From assembly GCA_973895155.1 (NCBI GenBank), contig OZ316895.1, positions 7,862,184 through 7,926,183 on the forward strand: a stretch of DNA of 64,000 nucleotides. The letters run 5' to 3'. The notes beneath the pieces are model-generated. The model was given only the letters and a program-made list of their open reading frames with translations, had not been told where the DNA came from and made no database searches. Source of the DNA: Marsupella aquatica. Its lineage: Eukaryota > Plantae > Marchantiophyta. This document shows positions 1-12,000 of this stretch, in pieces. Each line of letters begins with the position of its first letter. Position 1 is the first letter of the stretch. Position numbers and translations under genes: made by a program.

Positions 1-2054
1 AGAAAGCAGCTTTTCATTATTGAAACAGAAAAACTCGGAACTGTGCTTTTCTGTTTCGATCACTTCCTCTTTGAACAATTCCCTTTCTCTTCGTATCCTT
101 GGCGCTAAAGATTCTAAAGTCTACACCAACTCAGTCTACCCACTTACATGTTAGTACGGGCGAAATGTATCAGACAACATAAGGCCAGAAATGCGGGCTA
201 TCTTCTTGGATAATTCTGTAGCATATGGGTGTTCTCCAAGTGTAAATCATATTGCCCACCTCCGTGCCAAACATTGTACCTGGAGACTATCATCGATTAA
301 ATATCTGCTCATATCGTATGTGTTTTGCATTTTGGGCCACTGGTATACTCGGGCTGGGTTTCTTCCGGCCCTTTTTGCCAAATACAAAGAAAAAAAGTGA
401 AGAGTGGGAAGAGACCTCTCATTGACCTATATATATAGCAGTAACTATGCACAACACACTTGTAAGCAGGTCAAAGTTCTAGCTTCATATAGATCCGTCA
501 GAATTGCTACCAAAAAAGTGAAATGTGGCAACATTATAATCCACAAAGCACGGTGAACTTTATGGTATCGTGTAACTTTATATGAACTTTATGGTACAGT
601 GTAAGTTCATGATTGAAGTTCCTACTGCATGAGAGGCGCAAAGCCTATTGCTTCGGCAGACTTCGAATTTCCAAATACGATCAACGTAATAGTCTGCATC
701 TGGAGCATTTTGGACTGCATTGGTCATATATTCTTCGTAGATTCAGACTAAGCTGCAATAGGGATACTTGCACAGTGGTTCTAGCCATCAGTCAGGCTGA
801 AACTATTGGCTGATTCAGGAAAAGTGCAAGGGTTAAAATGCACCACTTGTCGTAGTGTCCAAAGGTCTGCAACCGAGGCATATGCTTTTATATGCAAAAA
901 ATCGATTCCATATTGATCCTTCTAATATATGGCCTTTCAAGAACAGGGAAAGGTTAGTGGACTTCTGTATAGATCTGGGCTGGGCCCACTTAGGACAGGC
1001 ATTTTCTGCGGCTGGGAACGCTGGTGAATACATACACGCAGACTGAGATCAGAGGACAAAGTTGCTTTCAGAAAACATTCCTGATAGAAAAGAAAAACAT
1101 TCTTGGGTTTACTTTGGAACTATCCGTCTGTTCAAATTCCCGTTCAAATTATTGGAGTGCATGTCTTAAGCTTTGTATATATGGTCTCGCACTTGGGATT
1201 ATTATCATATACTCGCTGCTCGGGAGGATTATTAGTCTCCTGTGCAGATTCGGCCGAGCGCTCGTAATGATAACAGTAGTAAGACTTAGTGACTTTGATC
1301 AATCCATAGACACCAGAGGCCTACTTGGCAATAGTGTAAAGTCTTGTACTGTAGTCTTCTGAAGTCTGACCCATGATCGCTGTAGGGGCACTAAAGCTGC
1401 AGCACCGTAATGTGCTTCAGACCACAAAAGAGTTTCTGAGAGCTGTCGTACATGTGCGCTAGGCAACAACTCACCGATTCCTCCGGCCACACCTCGAGAC
1501 TACAGACTGTTGCTGGGGCATGCGCGTTTGAGGTGCGGCGCGTAAGGTAGACTACGTGGAGGAACTCAGAAACTTTGAAGCCGTCTCATCATGATTGCGA
1601 CTGTTGCACTAAAGTGCTCGAGGCTACTGACTACAGTAGGTTCTCTGAGTTCTTCATCCAGAACTTGACAAGAAAGCACAGATGACCTTGCACGGCTGAG
1701 CTGAATTTGATCTCCTGCATGGAGATAAACCATTATTCTTTTGACAGAAAAGAGCAACCCCGGCAAAGACTTCATCAGTTCGAGAGTACGAGCGTTTTAC
1801 CGATGTGATATTTAGCATAAATTGGCTGGAAAGTGTGAATGTGGCGGAGTCAGCTCCTTTACAATTGCAAACTCAAATTGAGGTAAAACTATTCTTCATG
1901 CAACAACATTTCTCCATGCAGTCCTCGCTGTACCTGGAAGAGCAAGAGTCAGACCGTTTGCAGGGAAAACGCTAGTATATGCTACCGTCCCAAAAGACGA
2001 TGAGTGCTTGCCAGTCGGAACAGATTGAATGACATCAAGCCCTGGCCATCTATG

Positions 2055-2705
2055 TAGACAGGGCATACCACCCTCAGTACTGCAGGTAACTTTCTATTAT
2101 TCTAAATCCACAAAATTGGCTTCGTATGACCGATACCTACGAGAGTGCTCTGAATGATGAATAATAATGGAAACCAAATCACTGATATGATGAGGTGAAT
2201 TGCAACGGAACAAATGCAAACAAAGCGCAAAAAACAGAGGCCAGAACGCAAATCCATATTAATTTTGAACTGCAATCACAATTTTCGGATTTTTATATCT
2301 AGCCGTCCAATACTTACAAATTCTATATCATGACTGGCCATGGCAGGCCTGTCACTGATTTGATTACGGTGGTTATGATGAGCACTAGACGAGCATACCA
2401 CCCTCAGAACTTTCTATTATATTAAATCCAGGGCTTCGTATGACAGATACCTACTGGCCTGAATGATGAATAGTAATCGAAACCAAATCACCCACATGAT
2501 TAGGTGAATTGCAACTGGAAGAAAAGCACACAAAGCGCAAAAAACAGAGGCCAGAATGCCAATCCATATTGGTTTTTATGTGCAATCACAATCTTCGGAT
2601 TTCTATATCAAGGCGATCCAATTATTCTTGCAAATTCTATATCATGACTGGCAGGCATCTGAGTCATGTGATTAGGGCACCAAGTGATTATGATGAGTAG
2701 TACTG
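2055..2705. repeat. Degenerate tandem duplication, two units of ~320-330 bp (~2055-2385 and ~2386-2705)
   Basis: Both units contain, in the same order, GCATACCACCCTCAG, AACTTTCTATTAT, GGCTTCGTATGAC, CAAAGCGCAAAAAACAGAGGCCAGAA and CAAATTCTATATCATGACTGGC; boundaries approximate. Confidence 0.85.
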
Positions 2706-3102
2706 GAGTAGCCTGGCGAATTCCCCATGAGGTTGAATTTATGTAAGAGAGTTGAAGTGGACCTGCTAGTGGCTATGATGACTACTACCGGAATAGCCTG
2801 GCCTGTATGAATCGTCATTCCAGATTCAGAATTCCAGACCGTTAATGCACACAAGAATGTCTGACTTGCTCCCACGAAACAGGACATACCAGTTCTCATT
2901 AAATTCCGAGGACAAAAGTCTGCAGTCACATTTGCGCTGCCTAGTGGACATGATCATAACAGGCTCTCTCTTAGGTTATAATGATGAAGAGGTAATAGTT
3001 GGAGTTCATCCAGGCCAAAAGGAAACTTCATCTCCTCGAATTTGGAGTTTCACAAGAGTCTGATTGTCACTTTTGAATTGTCTTCAACTATTGGATTGTA
3101 TC

Positions 3103-3582
3103 TTGGAATCATGATCGCGAACACGTGGTGTGTAAGTAGCTGCCAATGAGTAAGTAAGTCGGTCACAACTTCCAAGTTAACATGAGATCAATGCCTTTGC
3201 ACATGGACAAATCTTTACTCAAAGTCTAGGCAGCTTCGAGCAACTTGCAACTAAAAAATGCGATCAATGCCTTTTCTTGGAAAAGTCTTGATCTAACGTC
3301 TAGCTTAGGCACTCTTCGTTTTGTCTTCAACAAGGGGATTGAATCTGGCCCGCCACACCATGCAAGATGATTGGAATCATGATCACGACGAACACATGGT
3401 GTGAAAGTAGCTGCCAGTGAGCGTAAGAAAGTCGCTATTAACTTGCGATTTTAATATGAGATCAATGCGTTGTACATGATTGGATAAAGTCTAGCCTCGG
3501 TCACAATTTTTAACAAAAAGTGAGATCAATGCCTTCTACTGGATTCTTGATCCAAGGTCCAGCTTTGACACCTTCGTTTTCA
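3103..3582. repeat. Degenerate direct duplication (~3103-3325 and ~3371-3582)
   Basis: Shared TTGGAATCATGATC, GAACAC(G/A)TGGTGTG, AGTAGCTGCCA, two GATCAATGC motifs and CTTCGTTTT in both copies. Confidence 0.8.
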
Positions 3583-6500
3583 CCCACAACTAGCTGGCCA
3601 ACAAATAAGGCTGAGACAACTTTCTCCTGCCACGACGATTAATATCAACTTTGGAAATAAAAAGGTCAAGACTCGAATAAAAGAAACGAGTTGTCGAACT
3701 CAGCTCGAATCGAATACTGCTGATCAATTCAGTGAGTTAGTTGGGCTGCAATTGTTATCGTAACGCTTCATGAATTCTCAAAAAATAGAAAGCTGCATAT
3801 AGGGCCGCAGTAATGATCATCCCATCAACCACATAGAAAGGAAGCAATTTGAAGTGAACAGCTTTCCCATCGTCCCTGTGACGCACGTTTGACAATGGTG
3901 GGACTTCAGCTTTAAAAAGGAAGCTTGATGAAATGCTGAAAGTTCCGTCGATCGGAGAGAAAGGGTTCATAAAAGGGAACTTTACACAGAATATTGATTA
4001 TCTGAACATCATAATGAACAATGATAATGGCTGCCTGCTGGAAGAGTGCTATTGACAGCTACCGAACCGAAGAATAGCCGTAGAAGTCGTAACGAACCTG
4101 AGAGTAATTCCATGATCTACGAACGTACTGTTCTTCTCTGTTTTGAGCGTTAGTTGAAATGTAGAATTAAATCCTCTCAGTAAAACTTGTTTGACTAATA
4201 CATAATCTGATGAAAATAAATAGATAGAAGTATGGAATCAGTACCCAAGTTGTAAGTCGTTTATTCGGTTGGATGTAAACAACACGTTATAAAGCGAAAG
4301 GCCAAACTAGACGAAGAGAAAATGCTTGTACTGCAAACGTGTATCTTTGAAATAAAGAGCAAATCAAAGAGACAGCTGTTGCACTCTTGATCAGGCAGTT
4401 TCATGACTCGGGTAGTTTAGGTAGGCCTCTTGTAGCTAGTTTATCCGTGGACTGGTTACACTAGATTGCAATGCATCAGTACTTAGAGCAACAAAACAAC
4501 GTGGGTCCACGGAAAATTATCAAGTCAACGTGGGTACAGAACTGACCATACGTGTCGATCGGTAGCTGACTTATCCTTCCAAACATCATTCTAGCTCCCG
4601 ATAAGGCTAATAACTTTTTTCTGTAGTGTCTAGAGTAGATGGATGATTGGAGCTAGCTGGGTAGCAAGCGGGCTAGCAGGTGCAGGACATTGCCATTTCA
4701 CCAGCATTGCTTTGAAAATTCTACTGTAGTTGTTCTCATCCTCGTCAGCCATGCACCAAACCTGGCACCAAGATCCAAGCGAAAGATTGCGGCTGGTCAA
4801 TTAAACTTACATATCCTATCTGACTAACGTTAAGTAACCCCAAAGCTAACAGTGGTCCCAACTAAATATCTTTGTTTGAAGCTTTCATTTATGGGTACTC
4901 GCCAGATTAACTACGTTAGAGAAAGTAAGTCCTGCGTTGTTTAAATCTCCTCTGTGAATTCGAGAATATGACAGCCTTTCTATCGTATTTGAAGTAATTG
5001 GGGAAACTGTTTGGTTTCCGATTAAACTTTTGCCTTGATGGATTTCCAGCTTGTTTAACGTTCACGAGTTACGGCTTTCTTCGATTTAGCTCAAGACGTC
5101 CTTGAAATTTCGGGCAGGGCTTATAAAGTGTGATGAGCTCGTGAAGGAAATTAATGGTGGACTAGAACGTACTAGTATTTTAAATCTTACCAGATCGACA
5201 GCCGTCTGGGCCCAGCAATGCGAACTTCAAAATGGCACAAACTAACGGAAAGCAGTTTTTGGTCAAACAAGTCCAACGTAGCCAAATAATTGAGAATGGA
5301 TTTTGGCGGCCCGGCCACATCCCCAAAAGTGTCGCTGATGAGCAGCGCGAAGATGGGTGTTCATGCGTCAACGAACTCTACTTCCGAGGATCCGAATTGA
5401 CTAATCAACAAAGCGCACTAATGACAGGACCGATCTGCTGAGGTGGTCCCCATGCTTGCCATGTAATAGCTCAAATGAAGAATGCGGATCGCACTGGGAG
5501 GATCAACTGTGCATGCGTGATTGGGCGATGTGAATGCCTTCCAGTGAGGATGTTTTTGTTTTCGAATCGCTGAGATTGGTGGTTCGATGGGCCGTTGGTG
5601 ACAAGGAGGCGTATGCGACAAACCGCCATTCATGCTCGCCGTCAAAACCGGCACTATGCTGGAACCGATTAATCGATCCATGCTGTGAGCCAACAAGCCA
5701 CCTTACCTACCTGTAGGGGGACAGGTCGAACCTCTCAACAAAGCCCAGGTGTAGAGTGTTAGCCAAAACGAAACTAACTCTGTAGATTTGCAAAGGGTCA
5801 TCCAGGAAATTCTCGGGGTAGAAGATTGAAACTTTGGATTTCTGAGTTGAGGAAAAGCTTTCCGGCTGCAACCTACCACAACGAAGGGCAGGAATCTTCG
5901 AGCATTGACTGGAGTGAGACGTTGAATTGAGTCGTTCTCACCGGCAACTACTGCATACATTGTGTGCATGGCAGTACAACTGAGCTGATCCTCTGAATAT
6001 TCCACCGAGCAGCAAATACAAGACACCATTAAAATAGTAAGGAATAACTATAGCAAGTTATAATTTGGAATGAAATTTTCCGTTACTTAGTACTAAGTAC
6101 TTTGACGTCAAAGTTGAGCTCTGGAAACCAAAAGGTGATGGATCAGCTTAAGAATCAATACACCCTCCGGCCGCTCACAAGAAGAAAACGAAAAGGCAAC
6201 AAATCCTTGAAGGATTCCTTGAATAAATCATCGCTTGGACTTCTTATCCTCGTATTCATTCATCATTGTCTTTGATATCACCATAGTCTCGATCTACAGT
6301 AGTTTTTATATTTTTAAATTGAAGCTATATTAATAAGAGGATGATTCCTCCAACCACCGAGCATCAATCCCAATGGGTACTGGATTTAGTGGGTGTGGAT
6401 GTGATGATAATGGACTGTTCAAGTACGTCGGCAGTTTCAGTTGATCATGACGTACAGATGCGTAATTGATCGAATCCATGGAAAGAGGATTGAATCTAGA

Positions 6501-9064
6501 TTGAGGAATACCTTCGATCCCGTAAAGAACACTTTTCTCCTGGGCCCCAATTACTCTTTGCTAGAAGAAAATTTGCTGTTTCGAACGACAGTGTACAATC
6601 GATCTGTCAGTTACCATGGAATCAGCCGCCGATAAAGTTCCTTCTCCGGAGATCAATGCGGGTAAAGGAGACCGACATTGCATCGTCGATTCGCAAAGAT
6701 GGCCTAGAATTTAGTGGTAGAATTTAGTGGTAGATCATTTAATTTCAACCGATGTGTTTTCTCTTGTCCACAATGGAAATCCAATTGTACGAAACTCATG
6801 AATGCTCAGTCCCTCGATCTGCTCGTCGCAGTGATTGAGCTTAAAATGACCCTGGTACAGACACTCGATGATAAACAATGCAGCAGCCAGTCCGAAATAT
6901 GTGCCCATAAAAGAAAAGGTATTCTTTCCTGTAGCTAGCCGGCCCCATATCATGAGCATACCTACGTTGGAGCTTAACCTGCCAGATGTTACATGATCAA
7001 CGAATGTCATTGATAATAATGAGGTGAGACTGTAGTCGTCAGCTAGGAAGCTATAGAGACCTTCCATTTCCGAAAAGAACTTGGAAAGCGTATTGTGGAT
7101 ACATTCTAAACGAAAAGCCCTGGCGTGGTTTACTTTGCAAGGGAAAATGAATGAGTGACGTCTTTCGGTCACGAGTTCTAAAAGTTTGATGGCGGCATCT
7201 TTGGCTCTCAGATGAAGCCAGTGAGGCATGCACTGGAAATACTTCTTACGGTCAGGTTGGATGGTTAGTACTGAAATTCATGAAAAATTTGTTTTGGTGA
7301 AAACTTCCTGAGTTGGTGCTTTCCTTCTTTCCTAGAGAGATGGCCATGACGTCAAATTTCTGAATTTGGCTAGGTTGCTACCGTAATTCAACGCCAAGTA
7401 GATACCAGAAAATTCAATGTTTGTATTTCTCAAACTCGTGATTGAAGGCTATCTGTGAAGAAAGTACTGTCTCTCTTTGTAATGTGAACTTTCGACTGCT
7501 CCGATTATACCTGAAATGTCTGAGAGTGTAGCCTACAGTACAGCAAACTTAATCAAGTATTTCTACAAGTTTATGTATTTTTGGTTCAGGGGAAAGAAAG
7601 GAAACCAAGGGTCGATTATTTCCTACAGTAAGATCTTCCGAAATTTCGTACGCGGCCTTAGTGGAAAATGGTTCATTTCTTTAATTTTTGTAGTCTGGAA
7701 TTCTTGATGGTACTTTGAGAGCAAGGTTCAGGAAGCAATTGTTGAGGTAAGTAACTAGAACGTTCCCGAATCATGACGTTGTCCTCAACGTCTACAGAAA
7801 ACTTCTTTCTTTGAACCTTCAGAAGTTTCGGCGAGTTCCCAGACATTTCAATCGACAGCCCATCAAAGAAGCTAGCATGCCTTGAACCAAGTAATGTGCT
7901 TATCACAATGCTCCCCATCGCTATCATCTATGACTGCTAGACTTCCGTGCCTGCAGCAGCTGGAAAGAACGATAAATGAGAACTACTCCACTCTCCGGAT
8001 AACCCTTTTAGGATGTTTCCGTTGGGGAGCTGTAGAGTTTACATTTTATCGTCTCCGTGCATTTGAAAGTAGTTGAACTTTTGTGAGCAGAATTGCCTTC
8101 ACTTTAGCGTTGCAGGTGGATTTTCAACGTTCAATTTCTCTGCCAGGCATGTAACCTACGATCGGAGGTTGCCTGGCTGGGGGGGTGCCAGGATTTTTAT
8201 CCGGAATTATAAGGTTTTCTACTTTAAGTTTTTAGGTACAGTTCTCCTATCAAGTCAGCTTGTTACTTAATATCCAAACTGTTCGGCTTAGGAATCATCA
8301 TGGAAAGATTTCTTTGTTTTGTCGGAGCTCTCCCATAATTATTCAAGGAACTCAATTTTAAAATAAGTATCCCCAGCTAACGTCATTTGCTCAGCTAATT
8401 CATTTGCCAGAACCTTTCCGATGAGAATTGTCCGGTTAGTTTAAATCAGTACGCATGATGTAAATTATTTGCAGGAGCAAAGAGAAATCTACAGTAGTTG
8501 CGAATCGAGGCACAGTCGCATAAAGCCCAAAACTCCAGTTACCGAGATTTCCAGCCAAAAATGATCGATGATTTATATTAATGAAGATGCGAGTATACAT
8601 CTTTTCAATTAAGTGACCAATTGAGAGAATTACAAAGATATCTAATCGCGACGAGGAAGGTTCGGCTGTTGAGGACACAAGACTGCCTGCTAAGCCTGCT
8701 AACGCTCAGGATTTGCATCTCATTCTGAAATCAAGCTACTTATCGACAAATCAAGTCTGGAGCAGAATGTCTGTTTTGCACAGTTGATAATTACATAGAC
8801 TTCTACTAATCCTCACCAATTTTGTACATAGGCCCGCTTTCAGCTACAGAAGGAGTTCATCTATCCGTCACTCCTTTCGAAGCTAGAAATGTTCTCAATG
8901 CGAGAAGTTACTGTCGCTCTCCCCGTATGTGCAAGCCTCAAAACATGTCAAGAAGATGGTGGTCAACAACTATGGTGGTGACCGGATACACTCCACCCAA
9001 CTATTTCTGGCCCGTCCGGGATTGTCAATTGAGTATATCATGCAAATCCCATCGAGTACTTCTT

Positions 9065-10096
9065 CTAGCTCAGGGACGGAGGAGTACAGGTTGAATTCGA
9101 TGGAAGCCACAGGGCAGGCAGGAGAAATTGCCGACCATTGGCACCCACAGCGTTGAAGCTAGCATCCGTGCCCGGAGCCTGATAGAGCTTGCCAGGGTCT
9201 CCTGGAAACGCACCAACCCCATAAATCCCAGCGCAAGCTGTGGCGCTTTCCAACGGTGCTGATGCGTCACCTTGGTACCAACTAGTGCCAACGGGATCAG
9301 TAGCTGTGCCTGCAAGCAGAGTGGCAATGTTGATGACCATTCCATCAACTCCCACATCACCATTGGGAGGAGTGAGCTGCAGAGGAGGTCCATACGCGGC
9401 CTTGGCGAACGGCCATGCACACAGACCCGGGCACTGAGTGGCAGAATTGCCTACCCAGGCGTACAGCAGCTGGCCGTTCGTAGTCGAAAGAGCGTTATGC
9501 GATCCGCATATGGAACAAAATGTCTCGACCTTGATGTCTTCAGCTGTGAACACGAAGTAGACTGCATTTGGATCGGCAGTGAACGACTTGGCTGCGACAG
9601 CGTTCGTCACCAATGTCTCCACCTGCTGCTCTGTAATACTAGTCCCCAAGGAGGCAGCCGAATCGTCGACCTCCCCGGCAAGATGCACACTCTGGGACAC
9701 TCCAACCCCTTTGCTGTCCACATAGCCCGCAGTCATGCCCCACCAGCTGCCCACGGTCGGAAACGAATGGGCACCGCCTGAGCCGCTGAAGGAGCTAAAG
9801 AAATCGCGGATGATTCCCTTCCCCGAGTTGGAGAAGGAGCCATACCAGATCACGTAGACTGGGATAGAGCCAGCAGAGAGCACAGGACCATTATGGTAAG
9901 TGAGCACCGTTTGAGGGGCCGTAACGAGGAAACTCAAGCTGCGTGAAACTCCCGACTCCGGCATGGAAAGGCCCGAGTGGAATTCTTCGTTGGGACCAGG
10001 TCTGGCCTCCGTCAATTGCCCCACGCAGAACAGAGCCAGAATCCACACCCCCAACTTGCTCCTGCACGGGCCTCCACGTTCTCCACAACCGCCCAT
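9065..10096 (-). CDS. EXORDIUM/PHI-1-like secreted protein (EXO copy 1), single exon
   Basis: Phi_1 family motifs LTYHNGPVL, VYVIWYGSF, PTVGSWW, FCSICGSH, YAWVGNSATQCPGLCAWPF, PPNGDVGVDGMVINIA, ACAGIYGVGAFPG and GRQFLLPALW. Hydrophobic signal peptide LGVWILALFCVG. The track start at 10183 is TTG; the first ATG is at 10096. Confidence 0.95.
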   Translation of the reverse strand: MGGCGERGGPCRSKLGVWILALFCVGQLTEARPGPNEEFHSGLSMPESGVSRSLSFLVTAPQTVLTYHNGPVLSAGSIPVYVIWYGSFSNSGKGIIRDFFSSFSGSGGAHSFPTVGSWWGMTAGYVDSKGVGVSQSVHLAGEVDDSAASLGTSITEQQVETLVTNAVAAKSFTADPNAVYFVFTAEDIKVETFCSICGSHNALSTTNGQLLYAWVGNSATQCPGLCAWPFAKAAYGPPLQLTPPNGDVGVDGMVINIATLLAGTATDPVGTSWYQGDASAPLESATACAGIYGVGAFPGDPGKLYQAPGTDASFNAVGANGRQFLLPALWLPSNSTCTPPSLS

Positions 10097-10382
10097 GTCT
10101 GCTGCTCTTCTCCAATCAACCAAATGCAGAGAACTGAAATCGCACAAATCGAAATAGTCTCTCGTACAGAGCTCCTTTGACAATCCAATTCCCAGGCAGC
10201 GTTAGCACCCCCGCAGCTGGAAATCAAGCACACCGAATTGCGTGTGGTTCCCACCAGATTCCAACTGAATGTCTCAGTCCAGCCAGCGCACTCCTAGCAA
10301 GCAATCAAAACAGAAAGCTAACCGCACACCAGTAACGCGGGAAATTGAGGAAGCGCGTGAAGAGGCGCTGGGGCCCTACAGA

Positions 10383-10417
10383 TCTCTCGCTCTCGCTCTC
10401 TCTCTCTCGCTCTCTCC
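10383..10417. repeat. CT/GA microsatellite in the 5' region of EXO copy 1
   Basis: TCTCTCGCTCTCGCTCTCTCTCTCTCGCTCTCTCC. Confidence 0.8.
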
Positions 10418-10545
10418 GTGTTTCGTTCTCAGTTGTCGACGCAACTGGCCATCGAAGAGCTTCTCCTTTCTGTCAAACTGCGGGCCTTCGAATTGGATGA
10501 CCGGACTGCTGTAGTCTTTGGAGATTGACTGTGTGGGCCACGCTG

Positions 10546-10552
10546 TTTTATA
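10546..10552 (-). promoter_or_regulatory. Candidate TATA box of EXO copy 1
   Basis: TATAAAA on the minus strand in a GC-rich context ~450 bp upstream of the ATG; motif match only. Confidence 0.35.
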
Positions 10553-10829
10553 CTGTCGCGGCTCAGCGTCCGCTGCCGTCAAAGGTGCTGCTCTGTTTCC
10601 ACTTTGCAGCGCTGGAGCTTACACGTTACGTTGTAAAAGTCTGGCGGATTGTAAATCTCAGTGCCACGCAAACACCCTACACTACTGCGTAGGACCTCGG
10701 TAGGTTAGCACGGTTGTTCTTTTGCTCAGGTTGGCTCTTTCTTCTTCCTGGGGCTTTTCCTTTCCTGTGTGTTCCCCTTTACGAGGGAGTCTCAAACTTG
10801 CTCTCTCCCCTTTCTTTTCTGTCGGCCAT

Positions 10830-10947
10830 TTTAAGAAATCTATGTACACGACCTAGACTTAAGAAATCTATGTACACGACCTAGACGTCGGCCGTTTAAG
10901 AAATCTATGTACACTACCTAGACGTCGGCCATTTAAGAAATCTATGT
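10830..10947. repeat. Tandem repeat, ~4 copies of TTAAGAAATCTATGTACACGACCTAGAC with or without GTCGGCC
   Basis: Read directly; the last copy is partial. Confidence 0.9.
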
Positions 10948-11413
10948 CGGTGACTTAGACCAAAACCCAACCTTTCGGCAACTTAATCCATAGGTTTCAG
11001 GTTTGAAATGGGTTTCAAAATGCTCTTGTGTCAGCTTGCCATACATAATTTCAGAATGATTGTTGACAATTCTCAAAGGGCACAAACAATTCTTGAAGGG
11101 CGCAAACAATATTAAGCTAACGCAACTTTCTATGACAACGGTGGTGTGCTGACCACCCGAGTTAGTGACACCTTTTGCAAGAACAGCATATTTTTTTGGT
11201 CAGTGACCCCGGCTGCAACATTTTGCTCACAGGAAATCTTTGGAATGAGCTGGTTTGAGACACCTATTGGGTCACTCAGTTCATGTCTCTTAAATTGACA
11301 TATTTTTCTTCTGATTGATGTTTCTTGACTGTGATATAGGAGGTATTTGCTTGCCAGGACCCCCCCCCCAAAAAAGTGTTTCTTCATTTTGACGGTTCCT
11401 GAGTGTGATATAG

Positions 11414-11564
11414 GAGATATTTGCTTGATGGGACCTCAAAATGAAAAGTGTTGCTTGATATGACCTTTAGGGTATATTGAGTCAAAGTCTATCAAGGTCT
11501 TGATCACCCAAGGGTCATATCAAATAACACTTTTAATTTTGGGGTCCCATCAAACAAATACCTC
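11414..11564. repeat. Foldback with ~60-bp imperfect inverted arms (11414-11473 / 11506-11564)
   Basis: Left arm GAGATATTTGCTTGATGGGACCTCAAAATGAAAAGTGTTGCTTGATATGACCTTTAGGGT matches the reverse complement of the right arm GAGGTATTTGTTTGATGGGACCCCAAAATTAAAAGTGTTATTTGATATGACCCTTGGGT. Confidence 0.85.
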
Positions 11565-11866
11565 GTGATATACTAGCCTGAGTACCTCTCTTTTAATGAA
11601 ATAGAGGTAAAGGCAGAGAGCCAAATGTATCATTGAGATTCACCTGGCCCCAATCTTTTACTCAAACCCCCACATTTGAGCCCACTGTGTCATTTTTGGA
11701 GACTCACCTTGCCCCCAATACCCATTTTTGCTCACACCCCCAACTTCAATTAACCTTCCGGAGCACAGCCCACAGGCTTTGCTTCAGGCCCTGAAATTAA
11801 ATAGTTTTATAGCATAATCAGAGCTACTTTTTCCCTTTTTATAGTGTAGTCCTTTGGGATTTGCAA

Positions 11867-12000
11867 TCTTTTTTTTTTAGTCAGACCATGATTGTTATAT
11901 GTGGACCTCTATCTTTTTTTTTTAGTCAGACCATGTTTGTTATATGTGGACCTCTATCTTTTTTTTTTAGTCAGACCATGTTTGTTATATGTGGACCTCT
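11867..12000. repeat. Three tandem copies of ATC(T)nAGTCAGACCATG(A/T)TTGTTATATGTGGACCTCT
   Basis: Near-perfect copies that differ mainly in poly-T length. Confidence 0.95.

Noticed and set aside
2150-2210. C/D-box snoRNA (ATGATGA...CTGA...ATGATGA)
   Set aside because: No terminal D box or stem, and the internal boxes are not kept in the duplicated copy.
4615-4628. CACTA terminus TTTTTTCTGTAGTG
   Set aside because: No matching CACTAC left end with a 3-bp TSD was found.
10097-10183. N-terminal extensions in the ORF track for EXO copy 1 (likewise 23474-23536 for copy 2)
   Set aside because: They start at TTG; the downstream ATGs give sensible signal peptides.
9070-10254. Antisense and alternate-frame ORFs over the EXO genes and pol regions
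   Set aside because: Shadow ORFs of real coding sequence.
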